Positions 37,801 to 46,364 of a stretch of 64,000 bases of DNA are shown here, in pieces. The translations under genes were made by a program, and so were the position numbers. Every line of letters starts with the position of its first letter. Position 1 is the stretch's first letter. Under the pieces are notes generated by a model, which was given only the letters and a program-made list of their open reading frames with translations, was not told the DNA's origin and did no database searches. This DNA comes from Flaccisagitta enflata (lineage: Eukaryota). The DNA lies in assembly GCA_965153355.1 (NCBI GenBank), contig OZ231126.1, positions 9,796,001 through 9,860,000 on the forward strand. Reading direction: 5' to 3'.

Positions 37801-40539
37801 ACCGAGGCCGGCGGAGATGAGAGTGTGAAGGCCGACCGAACGGGAAAACGATCATCGCTAGACAGCGATGGTGGGAAGACCGATGACGATGATCGGTCAC
37901 GTGACCAGGCCGAAATCTGCAAAGGGGGAAATGACACACAGGATAATAAGGTGGTAAATGAGCTGAACTTTACCAAAATCACATCCCCGCGTGAGAAAAA
38001 AATCTCTCCACGCAAATCTACACCCAGTCACGCCCCCCTTGACAAAGAATCAATTGACAAAATGACACAGGATGAGTTGATTGATGTCTTTAACCAAAAG
38101 CCCATTATCCCCGATCATCAGCCCTCCGATTTTGACTCCCTTCCCATTAACCAACTTGAAGAGGAGGAAAACCGGATCGCAACTGATAAGTACCAAGAGA
38201 CCCCATACGAGTACCGAACGGACATTTTAGACATGCTTCTTCGCTCAAACACAAATGACCGATCAGGCCTAAGCACCAAAGGACAAAAGATCGCGAGACA
38301 AGACAGTCTTATGATCACCCGATACCCAGATTTAGTTGCCACTATCATCCATGACACCCCCGATGGTATTTTAAGCGATGGGTTTGGGCATGAACAAAGC
38401 AGCGTTCTGGATTATCTCTGTGAGATCAACTACATATTGCACACTACGGGCCCACAAGATCCTACTCCCCTCTTTGAAAGTTATGAAGACGCACATCGTT
38501 ACTTCAAAAGGGGGCGCTTAGCCGATGAATTTAGGGATCAATACAAATTTTGGATCGCATGTCAAACCCGAGATCTAGACATGCAGGTCTTACGCAAGTT
38601 GGTCAAAGGTGAGCTGTCCCTAGAAGATGACTCAGTTGACATAATTAGGAAAACGAGTCGTTTGGCTCATGTTCTGATCAATGACCTCGACTCACTATTT
38701 ATGTTCCAAGACCTTTTGTTCAAACTCGTTTTTCCCACTCGCGGGCAAAAGGCAAGGGCCCTTCTCATTCTCAGCCCCCAAGACTTGGGCAGGATCGCCC
38801 TTAGGCACCACGGGCTGGCTCACAGGGGCGGGTTATACACCTACACCATTCTAGCTAATCGCTACTACACCGTTAACATGTATCAGACCATCTTGGATCA
38901 AATCAAGGGGTGTAGTGTGTGTGCCGATTTCCACCTAAATAAAAAGAAATCCTACACTGCCCTTACCAACGTTCTGGACCTCTCGAGCATCTCCCAGATC
39001 AGTGTGGATTTGAAGGGACCCCTCGAAAGGGCCCCTACCACCCCCAGTAAGAAAAAGGGGAACCCTTGGGACGAGAAGCGCGTTAGAAAGTTCTGGATCC
39101 TGTGCATCGTGAATCCAATCACCGGCCTAAACCAGTTCTTTTATCTGCCGGACAAAAAGGCGTCAACTGTGGTCAGGTGTCTGTATGAAAAGTTCATACG
39201 CTTCCACTCAGGGATAACACACGTGCAACTTGACGAAGGCCCAGAATTTGCAAATGCGTGCCAGGCGGAACTGGCAAGCCTAATGAAGTTTTCCCTTAAG
39301 TTTACCTGCAAGGCAAACCCCAGGGCAAACAGAGGAGAGGGTTCCGTTCAGAAGCTGTCAAACTTATTAAAGGCTGTGTTACAAGGATCCGAGTTCAGAA
39401 TCAAGGACAAACTGACAGACCTGTCCATTATCTCCAACTCTGTATACTTCTCAGAGATAAGTGGGCGCGCCGCCAATGATGCCCATGGGGTCAGCAACGG
39501 CGACGCACTAGCCTACTCCCCTGCCATCATCTGTGGGAAGGAGGAATACAAACACAAGGGTCAGCACTGGACAGACGTCTCGGACTCGATGAGGGAAATC
39601 GTTAGACTGATAAGGGAACATTACAACTGCTTTATCACTCTCAAACGATCAAACTTACACACCTTCGAGTCACTCAATATCAAAAAGGGGGACGTGGTGT
39701 ACTTCAGGTCCTATTCTAAGGCCCACCCGGTCTCTATAGGTCTCAAATCGCTTTGTCCGTCCTGGAGTTTGGGCCGTGTGGAAACGATCTTATCCAGGTC
39801 CGCGGCCATAGTCAAAAACATACAGACGGACGCACGGGTACGTCGCCATATCAGCGATATTCACCCCATCTGGGACCAAGGATCATGGGCACTAACTACC
39901 AACTGGAAGAGTAATTTCGATTCTTACCAAACTGAGAAGGCTGGTCTTGACCTCAACGACTCGGTCGAGACGGCGAAGAGAAGAGACGACGATGCCATCA
40001 AAGCTCGATCCGCGAATCAGGCCAGTAGAGGCGAGGACAACCCCCCCGCTGGTCCGACCAAAGTGACCGACGGTCGCTCGCGAGATGAAAAGCTGTCGTT
40101 GAAGAATGACCGAGTGAGTAAATCCGATAAGTCCGTGAAATCCAGCAAAGGATCGAGGGCCGACCGTCCGAAGCACAGAGAGAGCGACGATCACAAAGTG
40201 AGTCCGAAACCGCGCACGCGACTTCGATCGAAGTATGATGGTGCGTCCGAAGATGAACAGAAAATGACCGAGGACGTGATGAGTAAGATCCGAAAGGCGA
40301 AGAAAAGCACAAAGTCTGTTTCTGAGCGAAAAAATCATGACGAGGGAGACGATTGGAGCATTAAGGGAAACAACGGCTCCCTCAAACGCAGATCGCGAAA
40401 GTCAAGCAATAGGGCATCGCGTTCATTTGACAGCGATGACCACGAGGATGAGGATAGTCAGGATAGTCTGCCTTCCAAAGACAATCGTCGTCGATCTAAG
40501 AGGCTGGCAAGAAAGCCTCGGGTCGACTACAGAGAGTAG
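28846..40539 (+). CDS. 3897-aa Gag-Pol polyprotein (long N-terminal extension, CA-like, CCHC, PR1, PR2, RT, RNase H, integrase)
   Basis: RRRGEQVGLWAFRLTEL Gag-like motif; CFLCGSDKHWAKDC (32863-32904); ADTGS (D at 33361); LDSGS (D at 34420); ADLKRAYDQ, PQG, YADD (36505); RNase H YSDW/EMAAL/YTDN/ADGLSR; integrase HHGLAH...CSVC, VDLKGP, LDEGPEF, RGEGSV. Confidence 0.96.
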   Translation: MEGDPWDGINKFLLAERKEIVEKFGFYYDRRYWFLVKPSTIRSGSFFPLGGYRSLGLKSRFVAPGETKLDKKPFDELKNFRSSQIFEIASKPRDSLNGPNVLYWVYGFFSFVPILRPCKICLRRNERNCDCDTLLVAFIEEFQEVVRQKQKNIHEPFTYDLRRNFNLRVAEGYDKEILPGPERLTDYYLEGPLILSDNIATKDGKLIPAKPQSRGVIEALKSVFSHKNAPDSSFSLPADSFDRNPNASLSVTLTNDSLNESSLATDSHTPRKSLCDEIHVASPHHPAGKPFTPDLSSPDQSTLTADDITVVQLHSDPTPTPDLTTQTSDPQSNEDPNLPVSDPVEPIDNPFKLTGLSADPLPGVSDLDPSVDPPESISTMSTITESVDTETGQKGEKEVCYPAAYLAFCFFCSEERMFKLGHCPKMGCGMPFRMVPSLKTDAILDIERYSPPFPARMLSESNDEREKYVCQALFNSDELKFENGLYVVGKNASDPLLINAARVLRNRGKPGNLDSFDVSGLSSDDVVTKEKTKFVIHSLQHNFNRQRLKEYDSYFNLDIKILNMIWNKGFTELGPVGEHDLPRGVYLSEFRNQVEKELTKGREVFTKIFDTEKYDHGLGFRYCAHKNEFSTFGEAGWEVVDKTKLWDQKTIPFLRSFNCGPRRLYLKLILDKFKDHTPEELDNMGLEPRNIELIRLEIQKAQEIDDKKLEFMRLNKLTRELAPIDGNHKTYEQYFEAILSKHLNKKILPPTASKADKEKMPGESAYEDFIDPEDIHDLLNFSYGFSAQTDKTRKAILKRGTTKHRNLPLTRDAPAEDHYDMTALEKKAHETLTEYNRSRGVDIDSIREIREKRDPYREPKNTYLKILNDHAEADRKSNPKHSTPIRKTVSIGKHGDDDDGDDDDSDDDDDKRSNKEDGKSDDRDKKTPDDRAKFDNDLNDTVNPFFAPKERPTSSKGLDSSRGETVGDRLLRLSGSTVEQTKPKEGEDKPDLGQGHHTSDDDEDDDHDRGGRGSGDRGRDDRGQDDRGRDDHEREHRKQSSRDNPRGGNGGGGYDGGGGGHGGDGDNGGNDRRGGRKPWEKGNSYPYDYSTNPTPSQKAEHHELTKRLKLLSKDAPEFSLKDDRSFRSFYCEWSFHFRFFLKLDEASLVYKFCTSFRDSELRFQVQQMSTAHPGIKVNALAAKIGATLGLESTQHYECQLQRASRRRGEQVGLWAFRLTELYNHSLPAKNFYEFVHTDLYRQQLFNLFCRGINNKYLVQEMYKNEITEIFAGVAFCQNLIVSDQVSEAAANFGKTNSSHSFSMADEVKLLTRKNRDFSDINALGYTDKKDYKKKKRNDNCFLCGSDKHWAKDCALSKYKDRKDEVSFIKVKKSPAEWRNEKKRKRAKERVNNLNLEVVEKSDSGSDSEDSQASEATDYRPTDSEGEAETGEINHIGDKANDSGSESESDEIAHMVNALNKMLGRRKGGKADDKTNKPKHKSNRIFTDGPSDVPWVTIQGLADFVADTGSSLSLLRPHEVPPSAKKIKVDESIEGADGEVIKLENKVDLYIDCTNKQYRLTDDNTKPLISFYICAETKCNLLSYFDIAKLGVIINDVNLGGKSDDDNDFDDDDECDIETVTYTIVDKTVTKTVTATVTANDSGHDSDDDSDSESDSKSSNQNHFDRLPQRERWIARQKSRRTVNIIVNNSDSDDDSDDDSDDDSDVSSQSIRTQCPSLEGKQTIRQTSKHTTNQDSSPTYLTDRGDLDKRNLVSHLTDVGRRNARKTDPMVIKSDRPLTPANDRPLERDRNADSLLLPHPLSLTAALKSKEKIEHKDIRSVSKRDVVNLVSGMLPFAKLRVFNKKNAPVTSGIYLQCLLDSGSTLCLLSKKWLDKSGLTFTPLPHTIHASSFTGNDINLLHKIQAYVDFGTGIKRPVTFFIFQGDSNYEGLLGYDCLKQNHVTLDAANDSFSIDGLAHPVHRFDLANQINALQSESINLEKIPLVIEKGVSLRRGDSLFLGVKLDLSQGGTVSSGDVLYIEFPEEYEKMGLKPTDRVVQIYRLKLRGEVYGTKVFVEFPKTAEVDIINLPTDSPFGHLSPLLPPELEDVAKVNEARVLHNVCFVESEREAEELRAGNRKKWQALHDLYYGASPEELAEYLSAKGPIDFNCIILYLKRRQLSAEEREELKKVRKERAEFWTYDEILTHFKDQISKVPAQFKQDVINLLYERRGAFAGKSSHLRVGTITWCLDAIYPRELQLQVRAKPVSGLKKLITNRLQRIMMDSGIIEPAKGRPAALHRFLVVLKPQDKVKKPVDKASLDAMTTAELEKCFRCVVDSSNLSSMLYKSPHPDPPTIFQTLGKVECDTLKTCADLKRAYDQTRATEAAKLLFAFETQLVGIPLAVLSSIPQGCPEGSRINQRVSSHAVERQNNIPANLSFDEFKVAYRKLDDDEIAAEKQCALRRRREERARMIDHRSEGREKDDEEESSFEKQENRAKKENSEEGEKKTIGHRKSVKRERESEHNGIGREVFLESLQLPVTTDPDALDNMIVKGLSTGPPEKRRKLICENSAHVYADDIMVQSPTEIDRIKELEIESKALPRPAQNDKELPILLHLAFLNRVLYCLEEANFLLSSTKINILCHLEGFEYLGFSFRGNIISIAQKTISTIQALPDPKTLKETQKIIGMTVYIGQVMRHGRIMTGFLSDKLKKGVTFKFTDDDREKFQRLKDLLCQVHMKGYLYALDTNVKDKTFILYSDWSYVVHSSSSCLLVKLHTKEGTTVLPAVSDSRSLVDSVRSKGSTICEMAALVSSLQHLRPILFLAPFICYTDNIALQFLMNRRFATNVALDSTVAQRLLLSVNDLFFQCRYVPSELQLADGLSRIKLETGKTVDQLLTNSNKITDFDYVERMVRPNKADENESQFLERAERNIDMIRRLETEAGDTRGDLYQLFRKTHFSVKNKEVLSLTDRPISPLEEVDPQTKLETDDSPPRSIGFFDQENEGGLMTEAGGDESVKADRTGKRSSLDSDGGKTDDDDRSRDQAEICKGGNDTQDNKVVNELNFTKITSPREKKISPRKSTPSHAPLDKESIDKMTQDELIDVFNQKPIIPDHQPSDFDSLPINQLEEEENRIATDKYQETPYEYRTDILDMLLRSNTNDRSGLSTKGQKIARQDSLMITRYPDLVATIIHDTPDGILSDGFGHEQSSVLDYLCEINYILHTTGPQDPTPLFESYEDAHRYFKRGRLADEFRDQYKFWIACQTRDLDMQVLRKLVKGELSLEDDSVDIIRKTSRLAHVLINDLDSLFMFQDLLFKLVFPTRGQKARALLILSPQDLGRIALRHHGLAHRGGLYTYTILANRYYTVNMYQTILDQIKGCSVCADFHLNKKKSYTALTNVLDLSSISQISVDLKGPLERAPTTPSKKKGNPWDEKRVRKFWILCIVNPITGLNQFFYLPDKKASTVVRCLYEKFIRFHSGITHVQLDEGPEFANACQAELASLMKFSLKFTCKANPRANRGEGSVQKLSNLLKAVLQGSEFRIKDKLTDLSIISNSVYFSEISGRAANDAHGVSNGDALAYSPAIICGKEEYKHKGQHWTDVSDSMREIVRLIREHYNCFITLKRSNLHTFESLNIKKGDVVYFRSYSKAHPVSIGLKSLCPSWSLGRVETILSRSAAIVKNIQTDARVRRHISDIHPIWDQGSWALTTNWKSNFDSYQTEKAGLDLNDSVETAKRRDDDAIKARSANQASRGEDNPPAGPTKVTDGRSRDEKLSLKNDRVSKSDKSVKSSKGSRADRPKHRESDDHKVSPKPRTRLRSKYDGASEDEQKMTEDVMSKIRKAKKSTKSVSERKNHDEGDDWSIKGNNGSLKRRSRKSSNRASRSFDSDDHEDEDSQDSLPSKDNRRRSKRLARKPRVDYRE

Positions 40540-41337
40540 ATTCGAGTCTGCATGTTTTTTAGGATAGTGTACAGTGTATAGTGTTTAACCTGTGTACAGA
40601 ATCAACCAATTTATTCTAAAGAATATATGCCAAATTTGAATCGAGTGAATTTAATTGACGTCCGATTTAACATAATGAAAAATCCACAACACTGCAAACG
40701 GGTCGAACGTAATTGTTTTTTAAATCCACTTAGGGCGAGTGTTAGCGAAATTACATGTGTCTACGAAAGACATGGGCGTTTTGCAAATATTGCATGGGTG
40801 GAAATCCGATGTCGCTTAACAAAGAGACCACTCCTTTGGGTACGCGGCGCGGAATCCTGACGTTGATGAGTTTGTTTATTTGGTTGAGCTTGGGGTACGG
40901 AATCTGTCCACGACCATGGCAATAGTCGCAAGAGAAGGTTGTGTTGCGAATTTGAAGTAGGATGCCGAAAATGACCGTGTTGAACCGATAATCCCCGTAT
41001 CCTTGCCTGGAATAAGAGATTAGGTCAATTATTCAGAAAGAGAGAAATGGCTATTTGATCGATCGAATCAGATCAACCGAATCATTCATCGAGTCGAATG
41101 AATGAGATGGTTGGTGTGACAAGATCTGACCGATCCGACCGGTTGACCGATTTGACCGATCATCGCTCAGTAACGATGATAAGTTTGATATAAAAACAAG
41201 ACACTCATCGATGCTAGTACCATTTCGATTCAATCTTACAATCAAGCAATATTCCAAAAAATACATACGATCAACCAAGTCATTTTTCACATGCTATATG
41301 ACAAACTGTTTCAATAACTTTTTGTGAAATAGCGAAA

Positions 41338-41904
41338 ATGGCCGACAACAACAACAACAACAACAACGAACAACAGCGTCAACAACAACAAATCATCACT
41401 GAATGCTCGCCAACATTCTGTGCATGCGATCCCAATTTGGATCGCTGCCAACAAGGATTTTCAAACAACAGATCCTTAAATTGGGCTGAGTCAGCCCATA
41501 ATTTTCATCTATATCGCGTTCAACAACGAATTGACGCGTCAGTACAAAATGCCTACCATGAGGAGTCCACTTCCAACATCAGAAGACACCTCATGGCTAG
41601 CCGTTTCACAACCGAGCAAAATCCCGCTTCCATGTGGGGACGGTACCAAAGAAACGCGCGGGTAGCTCGAGAAAACTCAATGTTGTCCAGTCGAAGACCG
41701 ACCAACACTGCCTCTCGCCCCTTCGGCATTTTGGTACCGGAGCAGGCTGCCGAAAGGCCCTTATTACATCTAGCAGCTCTGCAAGGCCAAGACCATCTGG
41801 CCAAAGACCATGAACTCGTCTGTCGCCACGAAATTGGCTATTGCATTTCGGGCGACTCAGACAGCAATCATTCATTCGAACAATCACGCAAAAGACAAAA
41901 ATAA
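41338..41904 (+). CDS. Element-internal 188-aa ORF, unknown function
   Basis: ATG in AAAATGG context; N/Q-rich start, CSPTFCACDPNLDRC and HELVCRHEIGYC Cys/His clusters; no recognised family. Confidence 0.55.
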   Translation: MADNNNNNNNEQQRQQQQIITECSPTFCACDPNLDRCQQGFSNNRSLNWAESAHNFHLYRVQQRIDASVQNAYHEESTSNIRRHLMASRFTTEQNPASMWGRYQRNARVARENSMLSSRRPTNTASRPFGILVPEQAAERPLLHLAALQGQDHLAKDHELVCRHEIGYCISGDSDSNHSFEQSRKRQK

Positions 41905-41978
41905 TCACTTGTTGTAGCATCTGTAAATATCGTTGTACTAGCATTGATGATAATCTTTGTCGATGTAGATATCGTTCA

Positions 41979-43289
41979 CTAACGTTCATGAATAAATAAA
42001 CCCAACTTAAACCAACTGAAGTGTTTAACTTTACAATAGATTGACCGTTCGTCCTCTCACCTAAAAGCTTGGTGGACGGATTTGAGAGCGTGCTGGCAGG
42101 CTGAACCGATGGCCAAATTAACGTCAGAACACCCGATGCATGCGTAAGGAAGACCTTTAGAAATATAACAAAATTTCCAAACGAAACAATCTTGCATAGT
42201 AATTTTAGGCTGCAATATAATCTACCTAATTTACCACTACTTACCACTATAATAATCGGCTGGGTAGATTTCCCACACTGACGGTCCGACCAGAGCGATG
42301 TGTTCGACGTAAAATTTGATCGCACAAAAAACGAGATCCTCGTAGTAAGCAATCCCGATTATCATGAGAAGCACCATGATCCCTGGCACGACCGGGTCGA
42401 TGGTGATGAGTGTGACCACGCAATAACCCCCAATGACACCAAGGAGGGTTTTGCCATGCTCTGCGAATGAATGAATGAATGAATAAGTGAATGAATGAGT
42501 GAATAAATGAATGAATAATATGAATGAATGAATGAATGAATGAGTGAATAAGTAAGTGAATGAATAAATGAATGGATAAGTGAGCTAAGGAATGAATAAG
42601 TGAACGAATAAATGAACGAGTGAATGACCGAATGAATGAGTGAATGAACGATAAATGAATGAATAAATGAACGAATAAATGAATGAATGAGTGAACGAAT
42701 GAATGAATGAATGAACGAATGAGCGCATGAATGATAGGTGATCAAATGAATGATTAAGAACGAATCCTGCCTGAAGAGATGAAGCGAATCAGTTCCAAAA
42801 TTAGAACGTAAGCGGTGAACTGGCCCAGAGGATACTGCTTGAGACGGAAGTTCCACCAAATAGCATTCAAACGGGGAAACGATAGCAGGGTTTCTGATAA
42901 AGATTTACGAGGATTTGGCATGTAAAACTATATATATATCAATTCTAGGCCGATCAGAATTCACATAAAACGACAAAGCACCGCAGAATCTCACCCGTGT
43001 CGATTTCGTCCTCCTCGTCTTTTTCTTCTTCGTCCGACGTGTACATGGAACTGTCGTCGTCGTCGTCGTTGTCGCCGTCGTCGTTTTCGTTGTTGCCATC
43101 ATCCACTCGGCGACGGACGCGTCGTCCTTGGCCGTCGCCGCCGTCACCAACGCTTTCACCATCATTCAAACGACGGATTCGTCCGCCACCACCGTTGTCG
43201 TTGTCAATCGCGTAATATCCCTCCGCCACAACGTTCCTGTCACCAGACCCGCTAGTTGACGACACGTTAGCATCACTTGAATCCTCCAT
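41979..43289 (-). CDS. Antisense spliced element gene B, 254 aa: acidic N-terminus plus hydrophobic region; exons 43289-42995, 42893-42771, 42460-42245, 42154-42061, 42015-41979
   Basis: Five exons join in frame (765 nt incl. stop); one intron needs a GC donor (CAG|GCAGG at 42770), the rest are GT-AG. Confidence 0.65.
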
Positions 43290-44029
43290 GTCGACTTATG
43301 TCCGATTTCTGATAAATAGTAAGATTTCTTTTAGCGAGCAAAAAATTCTTTTTTGGGCGAGATTTTTGTAGAAAAATAAACGGTCCACAGATTAAGTGAC
43401 TGACCGGGCTGGGGGGAATTGACTAAATGAGCAACAGGGGGGAAGAAGAGCTGGGAAGAAGAACATAAAATTTTTTAAATTTCAGGAAGAGCAGCCCTTA
43501 CCTCTTGACTCATCGCTGGATGAGTTGCGTGGCCGCCTTCCCACACCCTTGTCTCCTCCCATCACCGGAAGAGGCTCAGGGCAATACCACTTAAGAATCA
43601 CTTAAGAGTCACTCAAGATTCAGAGTCAGTGAATCGATCGAACAATCGTGTCGAGCAGTTTGTTTTTGGAATGTTGCTCAAGTAGTCAATACATTCTGCC
43701 AGTTTGGTTCTGTCTGAAAAGTTAATTGAAACATATATATATATATATATATAAAAAAAACTACAGGAGGTGGCCTGACTGGCCAACGGCTCCCGTCTAT
43801 CTACTCTCTCTCTCTTTCTCTCTTTCTCTCTTTCTCTCTTTCTCTCTCTCTCAATTTCAATCATGATTCAATCATCTTTATCATCCTCAATCGTATTCAA
43901 TCATCTTTTTCTTCCGTCAAACTTCAATCATTTTCATTATCATCGTCATTTTCAGTCATCTTTTCAAGTCTCTCTTTTCCTCGTCAGTCCATCTTTTCTT
44001 CTTTCTTTTTCTCCTCTTCCTCCTCTCCT

Positions 44030-45531
44030 TTAGACGGGGGTCTCGCGGCCCATCTGGTCGCTGTCGCCGCCGTCGTTGTTGTCGTCGTCGCTGACGTGAC
44101 TGAGGGTGGGCGGCGCCGGAAGCCTCTTGGCCGCCGCCGCCTCGAGGTCGCGCCTCGCCACGTCGCCTCCCACGAGGTTGGCGAGGATCCCATCGGTCGT
44201 ACTATTGAATAGAGATATCAAAATATATAATTCCTGACCAGGGCAGGCTAGATAAAATGACCTCGCCCCCCCACTCATCCACTCACCTCATCGAGTAAGT
44301 GTTGGAGGAAGCGGCCGAGGATCTGCCAAAGAAATGAGATCGCCATAAGCACAGATAAGAGTGACCATCGGGTCTCACCCTCACACTCCAACAAGCCACT
44401 TATTTTCCTACTCACCTCCACAATAATACCCGCTCCCACACGGACCGGGGGTGGCTGCCCCTCCTTCGATAACAGCGAATCACTGAAAATGGGGATTTAA
44501 GGTCAAACTCAGACTAGGAAGTCATCATTCAAATTGTAGGCATGATTTGGTTAACACTCACAGAATACACTTTGGTGAACTTACTCTCTGCTGCGGTCAC
44601 CCCCGAGGCCAAAATGATGGCCAGCATCGCAACCGCGATCAGGATATAACTGTAAAAAGAGAAAAGCCCCTCTTAACACCCATTCATGACTTTCTAAGGT
44701 CTCTTGTTTGTTGAGCAAATTCTCAAAGAGACCATAAAACAGGTATGCGACGTTGTCGACTCTTCTGGATGTCGATAACTATCAATTTTGATAGACTTAA
44801 GATCATTTGAACCTAATTGACCTTTCTCAGCATTGTCTACATTTAAAGATGGTACTGTTCGAATTAGCCATGTAAGTAAGTTCTTTACCCTAATCGCCTT
44901 GTCTCTTCAGAGATTGTTATCTGTGTCAGTCCGGTGTGAGTTATGTTTGCTAATATTTCTCCTGAGACATGACAAAATATTTACAACCATATGCAAATGA
45001 GATTCAAGCGTGCACCTTAAAATTTAGCAATCAAAACTTACGCCCAAGTAGGGAGCGCCGAGGCCGGGGCTGCCGGTGGATCCTGCTCGGGGGGGGTGGC
45101 GGTGGTGTTGGCGCCTACCAACACCTCCATCACCATCGTCGCCGCCGTTGTTGTCGCCCCCAGACAACGCCTCGCGAGGATCGCCGGGTCTCTGTTTAGG
45201 ACATAAATGAATATTCCTTAATATCTTTATCTTTTTAACATTCTTTAACATTCTTTAACATTTTTTAACATCTTCTTAACATTCTTTAACATTCCTTAAC
45301 ATTCTTTAACATCCTCTAACATCGTCTAAAACATTTTAATATTCCTTACTATGCTGACCGACCGACTGACATGACCAACTAAAATCCAAATATTCCACCA
45401 TCAGACCGACTGACCGACTTTACTCACCTAGAGCCATAAGATGAGGCAGCCAACCGGAGACAATTGACTTCTACTGCCGACAGTGACGACCGACCGACGG
45501 ACGCCATGACTGACGTGACGTTGATGAACAT
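44030..45531 (-). CDS. Antisense spliced element gene A, 197-aa single-pass membrane protein; exons 45531-45428, 45191-45042, 44649-44585, 44482-44416, 44322-44287, 44201-44030
   Basis: Five introns all with GT(A/G)AGT donors and YAG acceptors, phases consistent (594 nt incl. stop); TM WAYILIAVAMLAIILASGVTAA then IRCYRRR; C-terminus ETPV. Confidence 0.85.
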
Positions 45532-45619
45532 GACTGCTTACGACGACTTTTTGACCGACGAACTGACGCGCTGACAAGTCCTTAGGCCCGACGTAGATTA
45601 AAATTCACAACACTTCCGT

Positions 45620-45895
45620 CCGACCAACCGACTTGCCGACTAATAAAATGAACGAGACTCGCCGACGATCGACTGACTTTTGCCGACTGATAAAATGAAC
45701 GAGACTCGCCGACGACCGACGGACTTTGGCCGACTGATTAAAATTAAAAGAGACTTGCCGACGACTGACTGACTTTAGCCGACTAGATAAAACTGGAAGA
45801 CGCGCCGACGCACTGACGGACCGATGCCGACGTAAAATAAATTAAAATCTCTGGACTCGCCGACGAGACTAACAGACTGTCCGACGATAAAATTA
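45620..45895. repeat. Degenerate ~47-bp tandem repeats inside the element
   Basis: About six copies of GCCGACT(A/G)ATAAAATGAACGAGACTCGCCGACG..., just upstream of antisense gene A. Confidence 0.8.
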
Positions 45896-46364
45896 GGAAT
45901 AAAAACTCTAGGACTTAAAGCACGTAACCTGCAAAGAGGAAAAGAAGTGAGAAGGAATAAAACCCTCAACTTAGGACCGCCTTTTTGACACTGACGATCC
46001 TCAAAATTCTTCTCACTTTCAAACATAAACAAATCAAGCCTTGAGGGCTTACGAGACTGAGCTCTCAAGAGGGGTGGGTTTTTTCTTAGTCAACATGTCG
46101 ACGTTCTTTTCTTACCACCCGACAAAAATATCAAGCAAAGCAATGGTACACTAGTGAGGGTAGAGTGGTAGGACCTGCAAAAAATGATAAGGCATGAGCT
46201 TGGGTTCAGGCATGAACGCTGCCCATTTAAAATTGGACGCTCAGGATTATCATTACTTTACCCGCTGGTGTGGGGTTTTTTCAGTCATGGTTTTCACCCA
46301 ATAGTAAAAAGACTAGGCTTAGAATTGTGCTTGAACAATCACCCAAATCACTAGGCTTGGAATT

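Noticed and set aside
42362-42859. 165-aa HSFI-repeat ORF
   Set aside because: Translation of the (TTCA)n intron of antisense gene B.
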